Positions 49,580 to 58,034 of a DNA stretch of 64,000 bases are shown here, piece after piece. Positions within the stretch are counted from its first letter, which is position 1. Each line of letters begins with the position of its first letter. Position numbers and translations under genes: made by a program. Below the pieces are notes generated by a model. It was given only the letters and a program-made list of their open reading frames with translations. It was not told the origin of the DNA and searched no databases. This DNA is from Spirochaetia bacterium. GTDB taxonomy: Bacteria; Spirochaetota; Spirochaetia; UBA9216. The stretch covers positions 288,001 to 352,000 of the forward strand of contig OZ223265.1 of the NCBI GenBank assembly GCA_965140585.1. The letters are read 5' to 3'.

Positions 49580-49657
49580 ATGTTCCTACTACAGAATCGG
49601 ATTGCACAGCTTTAAAATTAACCGGCTTTTGCCGATAAAAAAGTCAGGAGGAAGGCT

Positions 49658-51991
49658 TTGAGCGAACATCAGACTGATAACGGGATAGAAGAACAGGAAC
49701 GTCTTGAAATTCTCGAAGAAATTGACCGTGTTATTGCCGATAACCGTCTTACCTCCTCCGATGAATCAGGTTTAAAAAAGGCAAAGACAGGAGCTATTCT
49801 GCCTCTTATTATAAACATCCTTGCAATTTCCGCCGTTGCAGCAACGGTATATTTTTCAGGCAGGATGTTCGAGCAGAAAAAAGATAATCTGAACCAGCTT
49901 AACTCTACATATACCTCCGCTGAAGGAAAACTGCTTGAGGAACTAAAAAAGGAATCTGAACAGAAACTTTCCGAAAAAGACAGCCAGATAAATCAGATTC
50001 AGTCCGAACTTTCTGAACTCGACAGGCAGAGCCGTGAACTGGCAGATACCATGGAGCAGAGGATAGCCGACAGGGAGACTGAGCTTAGAACAGCACTTGA
50101 AGCAGAACTTGAACGTGAACGCCAGAGCATGAGAAGCGCCGGAAGGACTGAGGCTGATATAAGTACGGAACTTGAGCGAATTGAAGCTGCCCGAATGGCT
50201 GAATACCAGGCAGAAATAGAATCATTCCGTGAAGAAAATGAAAAGGCTCTTGAAGCACAGCGGGAGGAGCTTGATGCAGCAAGAAGGCAGAATGAGCAGC
50301 TTCTTGCCCGGGTCAATTCCGAGAAGGACCAGATAAGACAGGAAACTGCAGCCAGGGAAAACGAACTCACCGCCCAGTATGAAGCCGAAAAAAGCGCCTT
50401 AGCCGAGGAAGCCGCAGCTGCAGCGGCCAAAATTGAAGAGCTTACCCGGAACAGGGAAAGAGAATCTCTTATCATTGACCAGATAAACGGTTCATATGAA
50501 CAGATCTTCAACCTAATCAGAAACAGCAGTTACGAGCAGGCCATTTCGGCTATTCAGTCTCTAAATGACTATATAAATGACCCGACACTTTCAAATCTGG
50601 CAGCGGTTCAGAGAAGAAAAGCTAATGATATAGAAATCCTTAATGTGCTCAAACAGCGGATTGAGGAGCAGACCTATAAAACCAGTGTGGATAACAGAAG
50701 CCGCACAGAGACGGCGGAACTTCTGCTGTCGGCGCGTGAGCTGGCAAGACTGGGCGATGAGGCCCTCAGCGCCGGTGATTCTTCGGCTGCGGCTGATTAC
50801 TACAGCAGGGCTGTTGAAAAGCTGCCGTCAATCTCAACCGCGGTTAACAATCTGGAATCTATTACCAGGCAGAGAGAAGCTGAACGAATCAGCCCTGCAC
50901 TGACTCAGGCTGAAGCCCTTGAGAGCAGCGGCAGTCTGGAAAAGGCAGCTCAGCAGTATGTAAACGCAGCAGCAGGGGCGGAAACCGAAAATCCGGAGCT
51001 TCTGAACAGTGCTATCGAAGGGCTTATCAGAAGCTATGAGAAATCATTTTCAAGTCAGCTTGCAGCGAAGGATACTGCAATTAAAAACCTTGAAGCGGAA
51101 CGCAAGAGTGCCGTAGCTGAGATTCAGAAAACACTTGATGACACTATCAGCGGATATGAAACACGGATCACCGAGGCCGACAGCCGGATTACCGAGCTGA
51201 CAGAAGCAAGGAATGCGGAACTTCAGGAGCTTACCGCAGCCCGCGAAGCCCAGGTTGAAGAGTTAACCGCACAGCGGGATGCCGAAGTTAAACAGCTTAC
51301 TGCCGAACAGAATACCGAGATTGATCGCCTATCCAGGATGATAGGCGAAAGAGACCAGGAAAACCTTAGGCTGAACAGTCTTAATGTCGAAAGCGGTGAA
51401 AAGATAGCCGAACAGGAAGCTTCAATTGAAGAACTCAACCTGAAGCTTACAGAAGCTGCATCAGAGATGACTGCTCTCAATGAGTCTTTCGAAACAGAGA
51501 AAGACAATCTTGAACAGAAAGCTGTGGCGGCAGAAAAAAGCGGATATACTAGCGGATATGGCGACGGAAGAACCGAAGCCCTGGAGGATGTCCTGACGCT
51601 TACCGACCACCTTTCAGGTACAGCTTCAGCTTCATCAGCACAGAAGATAAACGAACTCAGTTCAAAGGAACTGCTTTTTGCCCAGGCAGTCAGGGAAATA
51701 TCAGCCCTTGCTTCCAGATCTGACGGTTCATCAACCGGACTCACCCGTGAAATACTCGTCGGCTCAGTATCCTGGGCATCAGGCAACAGACTTATAATTG
51801 AACGACTTTCCGATACAAGGATTGCAGACGGAGCGGAGATTATCATAAGGCGGAAGGAACGCGGCAAGAGCGAGTACCTAATCGGAACGGCAACGGTAGT
51901 ATCCTCTAATTCGGGAAGGATAGAAGCGGAACTGTCGGCAGACTCAGAGCAGTCGCCTCGTAGTCTGGACCTGGTTTATGTCAGGGAGTAG
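49658..51991 (+). CDS. membrane-anchored long coiled-coil protein
   Basis: One TM near the N-terminus; extensive E/K/R/A-rich helical sequence; small beta-rich C-terminal domain; TTG start with AGGAGG upstream. Confidence 0.75.
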   Translation: MSEHQTDNGIEEQERLEILEEIDRVIADNRLTSSDESGLKKAKTGAILPLIINILAISAVAATVYFSGRMFEQKKDNLNQLNSTYTSAEGKLLEELKKESEQKLSEKDSQINQIQSELSELDRQSRELADTMEQRIADRETELRTALEAELERERQSMRSAGRTEADISTELERIEAARMAEYQAEIESFREENEKALEAQREELDAARRQNEQLLARVNSEKDQIRQETAARENELTAQYEAEKSALAEEAAAAAAKIEELTRNRERESLIIDQINGSYEQIFNLIRNSSYEQAISAIQSLNDYINDPTLSNLAAVQRRKANDIEILNVLKQRIEEQTYKTSVDNRSRTETAELLLSARELARLGDEALSAGDSSAAADYYSRAVEKLPSISTAVNNLESITRQREAERISPALTQAEALESSGSLEKAAQQYVNAAAGAETENPELLNSAIEGLIRSYEKSFSSQLAAKDTAIKNLEAERKSAVAEIQKTLDDTISGYETRITEADSRITELTEARNAELQELTAAREAQVEELTAQRDAEVKQLTAEQNTEIDRLSRMIGERDQENLRLNSLNVESGEKIAEQEASIEELNLKLTEAASEMTALNESFETEKDNLEQKAVAAEKSGYTSGYGDGRTEALEDVLTLTDHLSGTASASSAQKINELSSKELLFAQAVREISALASRSDGSSTGLTREILVGSVSWASGNRLIIERLSDTRIADGAEIIIRRKERGKSEYLIGTATVVSSNSGRIEAELSADSEQSPRSLDLVYVRE
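51193..51330 (+). repeat. degenerate 33-bp (11-aa) tandem repeat inside the coiled-coil gene
   Basis: ELTEARNAELQ / ELTAAREAQVE / ELTAQRDAEVK / QLTAEQNTEID. Confidence 0.65.
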
Positions 51992-51993
51992 AT

Positions 51994-53199
51994 TCAGTAG
52001 GTATCGAACTCAGCAGCCGTTACGCTTATAAGACCGGTTGAGGCTCCATAGATTTCATTCAGCATCCAGCCTATAGTAGTTGCATTCATGTGCATATTAA
52101 CCCCTGCAGCAACTGCATCTGTATACGGAGTTATTGTGTAATATTCCATTGAGACAACAATCAGCTGGTATGTATCTCCGACCGACATTGTGGAATTTGG
52201 AACCGAGAGAACACCGGTGCTATTATAGATACTGTCATCTGCGGGATAATAAGAGCCATCTGTTTTATTCACTATATATGCAAACACTGAACCGGTCGAA
52301 GTAGTATCCGGAATTTCCCAATCAAATGTATGAATGATTGTGGAATCGACATCCGTTGATATAACTCCGGCTCCATCCATTCCTGTAAGAACCGGAATCT
52401 TATCTTCTGTGACCAGATTGTAATCATAAGTCAACCGGACAATATTACTCGAATTATCAACAGCCTTGACAGTATAAGATCCGTTAAAAGAATCAAAAGC
52501 CCTGCTGAATCCGTCCTGTATACTTATAAGGCTTTCTTCAACATCCGATCCGCCAAGAAACAAATCCTTCGGGTAATATTCATAATTACTCACTCTGACT
52601 GTGGAATCATCAGGAGATGTAATCTCAAGATAATTAAGCCCATTCAGAAAATTGGTTCCTGAGACCTCAAAGGCAGCGTACCCGAGTTTTGTATTACCAC
52701 GGTAGGACTTGAGTATTAGCGGACTTACTAACAACGAATCAACTGTAATTGCAACTGTTGAACTGCTGCCGTCACTTCCATCCGAATCCCACCAGTTTAC
52801 ATAGTAATTGTAGTCTGTACCGTTAAAACTGACATCAATTCTTCCTCCCGTCTGTTGATCTGAAACTATTTCAAAATCAACAGGTGAATCAAAAACTGTA
52901 TCAGCATCAGGCAGAATTGTTACATTAAGCTGCCATGTCCCTATATCCATATTTTCCACATCAAGGCTGCAGAAACCGCCCTCAATTGCTTCTGTGAATA
53001 TTACATCACCGCTGCCGTCCGGCGGAGTCAGGGTAAATTCTATTTCAGTTGCGGAATAATCGCCGTTAAACTCAAGTTCAAATCTGAAATAGCCTGTTTC
53101 TGCAGAAAAATTAAAAATACCGTAACTGCAAGAGAAAAGAAATAACATTAAAAAAAAGAATAAGGCTGTTATTCCAGAAAATCTAAGCATTCGCTTCAT
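51994..53199 (-). CDS. hypothetical acidic beta-rich lipoprotein
   Basis: MKRMLRF...LFSC lipobox; shares SC..GIFNF and GTWQLNVTI with its neighbour. Confidence 0.7.
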   Translation of the reverse strand: MKRMLRFSGITALFFFLMLFLFSCSYGIFNFSAETGYFRFELEFNGDYSATEIEFTLTPPDGSGDVIFTEAIEGGFCSLDVENMDIGTWQLNVTILPDADTVFDSPVDFEIVSDQQTGGRIDVSFNGTDYNYYVNWWDSDGSDGSSSTVAITVDSLLVSPLILKSYRGNTKLGYAAFEVSGTNFLNGLNYLEITSPDDSTVRVSNYEYYPKDLFLGGSDVEESLISIQDGFSRAFDSFNGSYTVKAVDNSSNIVRLTYDYNLVTEDKIPVLTGMDGAGVISTDVDSTIIHTFDWEIPDTTSTGSVFAYIVNKTDGSYYPADDSIYNSTGVLSVPNSTMSVGDTYQLIVVSMEYYTITPYTDAVAAGVNMHMNATTIGWMLNEIYGASTGLISVTAAEFDTY

Positions 53200-53215
53200 A
53201 TCTTTTCCCGATACC

Positions 53216-54382
53216 CTAGTTGGAGTACACCGATATTCCGATGTAATGAATTGAGCTGCCGTAGTATGTATACAGCCATTCAGGAACAAGTCCAACGCTC
53301 ATATCAGTTGTTCCAGGTATATAAATTGCACTTAAATCACTAAGCGGAACTGTGTAATCGGTTGTAACCAAAACATAATCATAACTGGGAGATCCTATTC
53401 CCGGAAGAGCTATGCTCGAAACACCATCGGGATTTTCGACAATCGTGAGGCTTGAGCCCTGAACCATTGTTCCGGTTCCCTGAAGCACACAATATGCAAT
53501 ATATGAACCGACACCCGTGGCATCACCCGAATCATAACCGCTTGTGGTTATGGGGTTTGCCTCGCCATAGGATGATGTAAAAATCGCTGTTCCGTTATAG
53601 GGATCCAAATCAAAATAAAGATTGAAAGTCTGTTCAACTACATTTCCATAAACATCGATCAGCCTGATGTAATAATCTCCCTTTGAATAAAAACCCTTCC
53701 GGCTAATCGTCATATATGATGCATCAGTTGATATACTCAGCCCCGATATTGCACGCGAGGCATCGCCGGAACTGAAGCTGCTTCCATCAGGATATTGTAT
53801 GTATAAACCGGCAAGACCGCTTGTGAAGCCGTAGCCCTTAACCATAACTGAACAGGTAAAATTGATTGAATCTCTGGAGTCGTCTCCCGCAGCATGAATA
53901 CCAACCACTAAAACATCCATAGCGGAAATTCCGATTACGGGATCCTCAGTTCCATCACCTACATCGATGTCCGCCTCGATCCAGTAATTGGTACCATCGT
54001 AATTTAATATAAGATCAACATTTGCTGTTTCCGCCAGTTCCAGATCAAAGGAAAAGGGACCGTCAGAGTTCTGAAAGATCTGAGTTCCGCTTGAATCATA
54101 TACTGTTATTGTCAACTGCCAGCTGCCGGTATTTATACGTGATATGTAATCATCAATACTACCGTCATAATCATATTCCTTTCTGAGATAATCGCCGGAA
54201 TCCTGATTTTCCAGAATAAACACAACACTGCCTATATCAATCGAATATGTTGTGGATTTTTCAAAGGAGAGCGCGAGATTCCCTGTCTGGTCATTAAAAT
54301 TAAAAATTCCCTCATCACAGGAACTGAAGGTTAGTAATAGAAGAATTACTGCAGTAAAAGCAGTGATTTTTATTCTGGACAT
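53216..54382 (-). CDS. hypothetical acidic beta-rich lipoprotein (paralogue of neighbour)
   Basis: MSRIKIT...FSSC lipobox; SCDEGIFNF, GSWQLTITV. Confidence 0.7.
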   Translation of the reverse strand: MSRIKITAFTAVILLLLTFSSCDEGIFNFNDQTGNLALSFEKSTTYSIDIGSVVFILENQDSGDYLRKEYDYDGSIDDYISRINTGSWQLTITVYDSSGTQIFQNSDGPFSFDLELAETANVDLILNYDGTNYWIEADIDVGDGTEDPVIGISAMDVLVVGIHAAGDDSRDSINFTCSVMVKGYGFTSGLAGLYIQYPDGSSFSSGDASRAISGLSISTDASYMTISRKGFYSKGDYYIRLIDVYGNVVEQTFNLYFDLDPYNGTAIFTSSYGEANPITTSGYDSGDATGVGSYIAYCVLQGTGTMVQGSSLTIVENPDGVSSIALPGIGSPSYDYVLVTTDYTVPLSDLSAIYIPGTTDMSVGLVPEWLYTYYGSSIHYIGISVYSN

Positions 54383-54394
54383 CGACAACTTCTC

Positions 54395-54775
54395 CTAGGG
54401 AATATCCACAGTAAATGTATATGATTCATCAAGAAATTTAAGGGCAGTATATTCACCGTTCTTTTCCGTGTAGACTGTAAAATCGAGCTGATAATCTCCT
54501 TCCGCCAGCCCTTCGAACAGCAGGAAATCTGATTCAGGCAGTTCGCCATAATATTCATAGCCAAGATAAGCTGATGAATAATCATTTTTATTGTATAGTG
54601 CATAAGAACAGGTCTGAGCTTCCCCCTCACAGACATATGTATAGTATATCTTTACAGTTGAACTGCTATAAGTATTTTCTACATTAAGATCCAGATAAGG
54701 AATGACATAACTGCTGCATGATAATATGAGAAATACCGCGGCCAGTACTTCAGCCGTCAATTTGAAGGTCCTCAT
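54395..54775 (-). CDS. small hypothetical lipoprotein
   Basis: LILSC lipobox; FEGLAEGDYQLDFTVY Ig/FN3-like strand pattern. Confidence 0.65.
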   Translation of the reverse strand: MRTFKLTAEVLAAVFLILSCSSYVIPYLDLNVENTYSSSTVKIYYTYVCEGEAQTCSYALYNKNDYSSAYLGYEYYGELPESDFLLFEGLAEGDYQLDFTVYTEKNGEYTALKFLDESYTFTVDIP

Positions 54776-54886
54776 AACGATAAGATATCACATCTTGGGG
54801 TTAAAATACCACTAAAAAACTTCTCAGGATAGAAATGTTGTTGAAAAAAGAAATCTCAGTCCTTAAAATGATTATAGAGGAAAATT

Positions 54887-56053
54887 ATGCCCGATATAAA
54901 AGACATTCTTGAAATTCTTCCAGATTATGAAAGTAAACTGAAGGAACTCAGCGAAACGGTGCTTGCCAATCTGGTGATGATTGGAGAGATTCCATCCCCC
55001 ACTTTTAACGAGGAAAAGCGGGTAAGGTTTCTCATTGAACGTTTTGCTGACAATCACATGCTCAACTGTTCTACAGACGAGAAAGGCAATGCTCTTGGAA
55101 TACTTCCCGGAGAACGGGGAGACCGCAACATACTTATTGTAGCCCACACAGACAGTATTTTTGACGAAAAGATTGATCATACAATTAGTGTTCAGCCTCA
55201 GTATATTACAGGCCCCGGAATAGGCGACAATGCCCTTGGTGTAGCAGCAATTGCCAGCCTTCCCACAATACTGGAACACCTGGACATTAAGCTGCGGTCC
55301 AACCTGGTGCTTATGGGATCTTCCCGGAGCCTCGGCCGCGGCGATATCGAGGGGCTAAGCTTCTTTCTTGACAATTCAAACATTCCCATCCACGCAGGAT
55401 TATGTGTAGAGGGAGTAAAACTCGGGAGACTGAGCTACAGTTCAATAGGAATGATAAGATGTGAACTGAAATGCGAGGTTCCGGAGCAGTATGACTGGAC
55501 CCGCTTTGGCGCGGTCGGTTCAATAGTAACCATAAACGAGGTTATCAACCGGATTCTTGAGATACCGCTGCCTAAACGCCCCAGGTGCAACATTGCTTTC
55601 GGTTCAATCGAAGGCGGAAAATCATTCAATGCCCTGGCCTCAAAGGCTATTCTGCGTTTTGAGATTCGCAGTGAATCCGGCGATATGGTTTCCAAGGTTC
55701 TCCGATCTATTTCAAACATTGCATCCGAGGTTTCAAGTCATACCGGGGAAGAAATAGAACTTGATGTACTTGCCAGAAGACATCCGGGAGGAATTGATTT
55801 TTCACATCCTCTGGCTTCATCAGCAAGGCAGATAATGACACATCTAAAAATTAAACCGAGAATCTCGCCGAGTACATCTGAACTGGCAGCTTTTATTGCC
55901 CATGACATTCCGGCTCTTACAATCGGTCTTACAACAGGTGATTATCTGGACGGAATAAATGAAAGCATAGAGGTTGACCCCATCTATACGGGGCTTACCC
56001 AGCTGATAGGACTGATTCTTGCAATTGACCGGGGGTATTCCAGTGAATCTTGA
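54887..56053 (+). CDS. M20/M25/M40-fold protein with degenerate active site
   Basis: IPSPTFNE, AHTD and GPGIGDN are present; the EE motif and final His are not recognisable. Confidence 0.8.
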   Translation: MPDIKDILEILPDYESKLKELSETVLANLVMIGEIPSPTFNEEKRVRFLIERFADNHMLNCSTDEKGNALGILPGERGDRNILIVAHTDSIFDEKIDHTISVQPQYITGPGIGDNALGVAAIASLPTILEHLDIKLRSNLVLMGSSRSLGRGDIEGLSFFLDNSNIPIHAGLCVEGVKLGRLSYSSIGMIRCELKCEVPEQYDWTRFGAVGSIVTINEVINRILEIPLPKRPRCNIAFGSIEGGKSFNALASKAILRFEIRSESGDMVSKVLRSISNIASEVSSHTGEEIELDVLARRHPGGIDFSHPLASSARQIMTHLKIKPRISPSTSELAAFIAHDIPALTIGLTTGDYLDGINESIEVDPIYTGLTQLIGLILAIDRGYSSES

Positions 56054-57044
56054 TAAATGGATTAAAAATAACACATTTCATCATTCAGATTTCGAGGATC
56101 TGAATGCGCTAGTAAAAGAAAAGGAAAAAAAGAACCTTAAAATATCCCTTTGTATTCCCACTTTAAATGAGGAGAAGACAATCGGTAAGGAAGTCGTCAT
56201 ATTCAAATCAGAGCTGATGACAAGGATTCCGCTGCTTGATGAGATAGCCATTATTGACTCAGGTTCAGAAGATCGAACCCTTGAGATTGCAAGCTCCTTC
56301 GGCGCAGACACCTACCTTGCTTCGGATATTCTGCCCGGCATTGAACCCAGACGCGGTAAGGGCGAGAACTTATGGAAAGCGATATACCAGTTGAAAGGTG
56401 ACATTATCGTCTATATTGATGCTGATATCAAAAACATTCACCCCAGATTTGTCTACGGCCTTGTTGCGCCGCTTATTTTCAACGATGAAATTCAATACGT
56501 AAAGGCCTTCTATGACAGGCCGCTGGCTTTTTCTGAGGGTATAAGGCCATCAGGAGGCGGCAGGGTAACAGAGATTCTTGTACGCCCGCTTTTTTCACTT
56601 TATTTCCCTGAGCTTTCAGGCGTTATACAGCCTCTTTCCGGCGAATATGCTGTAAGACGTGAAGTTCTTGAAGCAATCCCCTTCCCTATCGGCTACGGTG
56701 TTGAAACCTCACACCTTATTGATGTTTACTTAAAATGGGGGCTTAAGGCTTTTGCACAGACTGATCTGGATCAGAGGGTTCACCGGAATCAGGCCACCAG
56801 AGACTTAGGAAAGATGGCTTTCGGTATTCTGCAGGCCTTCCTGAAAAGGCTGCATATGAAGGGTTTGGTAAATGATATTCCGGAACACAATATTCTAAGA
56901 CAGTTCATCGCGCATGACAGTGTTTTTGAGGCAATTGAGCACCGGATTATAGAATTCGAAAGGCCTCCAATGATAGAAATACCTGAATACCTTGAACGAC
57001 GGAAAGAGCTTCAGAATGAGATTGAGCAACCGGGAAAGAAATGA
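56043..57044 (+). CDS. gpgS: glucosyl-3-phosphoglycerate synthase
   Basis: PTLNEE, DSGSED, GKGENLW, IDADI, GGGRVTE, QPLSGEYA, GYGVE, RVHRNQ. Confidence 0.9.
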   Translation: MNLDKWIKNNTFHHSDFEDLNALVKEKEKKNLKISLCIPTLNEEKTIGKEVVIFKSELMTRIPLLDEIAIIDSGSEDRTLEIASSFGADTYLASDILPGIEPRRGKGENLWKAIYQLKGDIIVYIDADIKNIHPRFVYGLVAPLIFNDEIQYVKAFYDRPLAFSEGIRPSGGGRVTEILVRPLFSLYFPELSGVIQPLSGEYAVRREVLEAIPFPIGYGVETSHLIDVYLKWGLKAFAQTDLDQRVHRNQATRDLGKMAFGILQAFLKRLHMKGLVNDIPEHNILRQFIAHDSVFEAIEHRIIEFERPPMIEIPEYLERRKELQNEIEQPGKK

Positions 57045-57916
57045 AGCGGTTTTCCAATAAACGCTGATAGTTCAGAATAATGATTTATACGGCTGCTGTC
57101 GGAAGGGTTAATCTCCGATACGCAGCCTTTTTTAATTGAAAACCTGTAGTTTTCGGCTGAATCCCCGGCCTCTGCTGTATAAAGAAATGAAAACTCGGGT
57201 GTGTTTCCATATATCCATTCAGGGCTTATCATCCGTTTATAAAACCCATCTTTAACAGCTCCAGCCCCGTCAGCAGTTGCTGTATCAGCACTGCCGTATT
57301 CCGATTCAAATGAATCAGAGAGGGCTGTTTTCAATACATCAACAGTTAGATTCGGATTGTAACGGCTAAGATTAACAACACTTGAGCGGACAGAGCGAAT
57401 GCCCTTTGATTCTATACCTTCAAGCGAAGGGCCTGAAAGCGATGCCTTTAACGGATGAAGATCTGAAGAAACCAGCAGGGTTCCGTGATGAAGAACACGT
57501 CCGCTGCTTATCCTAAAGGCGCTTCCTGATACCTTTTTACCTTCGACAACAACATCATGACGCTCATTAATCTCTGCGCTGACACCCAGAGCTCCAAGGG
57601 CTTTGACTACTGTTCTTAAGTTTCTTTCCCTATCGTATAGCTCCTTCCCGCAGATAAAACTGAAATTGAGGTTGCCTTCATCATGATAGACAGCTCCGCC
57701 TCCGCTTTGCCGCCTTGCAAGACTGATACCGGAATCATTCATTGACTCAAAACTGCATTCAAGCCATGGATTCTGGTAACGGCCGATGATCACAGAGGGA
57801 TTGTTTACCCAGAGTAACAGCGTATGTCCGCTTCCGGATGCATCCGTAAAGAGAGAATTTTCTATTGTAAGATTTATGTAAGTATCTCTATTCTGTGATA
57901 TAACAAGCCTGTTCAA
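57011..57916 (-). CDS. lplA: lipoate-protein ligase A
   Basis: IGRYQNPW, RRQSGGGAVYHDEGN, KVSGSA, HHGTLL, SVRSSV. Confidence 0.92.
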   Translation of the reverse strand: MNRLVISQNRDTYINLTIENSLFTDASGSGHTLLLWVNNPSVIIGRYQNPWLECSFESMNDSGISLARRQSGGGAVYHDEGNLNFSFICGKELYDRERNLRTVVKALGALGVSAEINERHDVVVEGKKVSGSAFRISSGRVLHHGTLLVSSDLHPLKASLSGPSLEGIESKGIRSVRSSVVNLSRYNPNLTVDVLKTALSDSFESEYGSADTATADGAGAVKDGFYKRMISPEWIYGNTPEFSFLYTAEAGDSAENYRFSIKKGCVSEINPSDSSRINHYSELSAFIGKPLHFFPGCSISF

Positions 57917-57959
57917 GCTAAATTTCCTCCTGAATGAGCATATAATGGGATTAATCTAC

Positions 57960-57981
57960 GAATCACCCCTATGGGTGATTC
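57960..57981. promoter_or_regulatory. inverted repeat between divergent lplA and acyl-CoA ligase genes
   Basis: GAATCACCC-ctat-GGGTGATTC. Confidence 0.45.
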
Positions 57982-58034
57982 AATCATACCATAAAACTAT
58001 AGCTAATTTGTAAAATCAGCTTTATATTAATATT

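Noticed and set aside
49999-51867. Long antisense ORFs (170 and 214 aa) within the coiled-coil gene, and similar ones inside pepF, pfk and the liv genes
   Set aside because: Ser/Ala/Leu-rich mirror frames produced by codon bias of the sense genes.
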